DNA of 64,000 nucleotides from Escherichia coli (GTDB lineage Bacteria; Pseudomonadota; Gammaproteobacteria; Enterobacterales; Enterobacteriaceae): NCBI RefSeq assembly GCF_045037415.1, contig NZ_CP173438.1; one strand, 5' to 3'. Shown piece by piece: positions 63,861 to 64,000 of this stretch (position 1 is its first letter; each line of letters starts with the position of its first letter). The notes under the pieces were generated by a model. It saw only the letters and a program-made list of their open reading frames with translations, ran no database searches and was not told where the DNA came from. The position numbers and the translations under genes were made by a program.

Positions 63861-64000
63861 ATGACTGGAGATAACACCCTCATCCATTCTCACGGCATTA
63901 ACCGTCGTGATTTCATGAAGCTTTGTGCAGCATTAGCCGCCACCATGGGGTTAAGTAGCAAAGCCGCTGCAGAGATGGTCGAATCGGTTACTAACCCGCA
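63861..64000 (+). CDS. hybO: Hydrogenase 2 small subunit HybO, N-terminal Tat signal only (runs off the right window edge)
   Basis: Manual translation from the ATG: MTGDNTLIHSHGINRRDFMKLCAALAATMGLSSKAAAEMVESVTNP, a twin-arginine signal matching HybO. Confidence 0.85.
   Translation, partial: MTGDNTLIHSHGINRRDFMKLCAALAATMGLSSKAAAEMVESVTNP

Overview
This window reads as an Escherichia coli chromosomal segment covering the hybO to glgS/yqiJ neighbourhood (K-12 b2997 to b3050 region), in reverse orientation relative to my recollection of MG1655. All calls come from reading the supplied ORF translations and the DNA by eye against remembered protein families and motifs; no database search was run. 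Coordinates derived from the ORF track are reliable; hairpin and operator coordinates read from the sequence are good to about +/-2 nt. The conserved backbone is: yqiJ, glgS, ubiK(yqiC), FMN riboswitch-ribB, a ygiL-yqiGHI-type chaperone-usher fimbrial operon, zupT, ygiD, ygiC, ygiB, tolC, nudF, yqiB, cpdA, yqiA, parE, ygiN, mdaB, ygiZ, qseCB, ygiW, ygiV, ygiS, parC, plsC, ftsP, ygiQ, yqhH, yqhG, dkgA, yqhD, yqhC, yghB, metC, exbBD, yghA, yqhA, yghZ, yghX, yghW and the start of hybO. Five blocks sit in this backbone that I do not recall in K-12: (1) assT-dsbL-dsbI between ygiD and ygiC; (2) a Fur-box-associated TonB-dependent receptor plus ABC importer plus RpiR regulator between parE and ygiN, resembling the fit locus; (3) an AT-rich orphan Hcp gene followed by a 236-aa protein carrying the ordered lytic-transglycosylase (SLT) motifs, directly abutting ygiZ, between mdaB and ygiZ; (4) a TRAP transporter with three sugar-acid-type oxidoreductases and a GntR regulator between ftsP and ygiQ; (5) no mqsRA between ygiV and ygiS. 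The Hcp / SLT-like / ygiZ module is the best candidate for an undescribed system: a T6SS-type cargo effector island whose putative immunity gene (ygiZ) would persist alone in K-12. No rRNA, tRNA, CRISPR array or transposase was detected.
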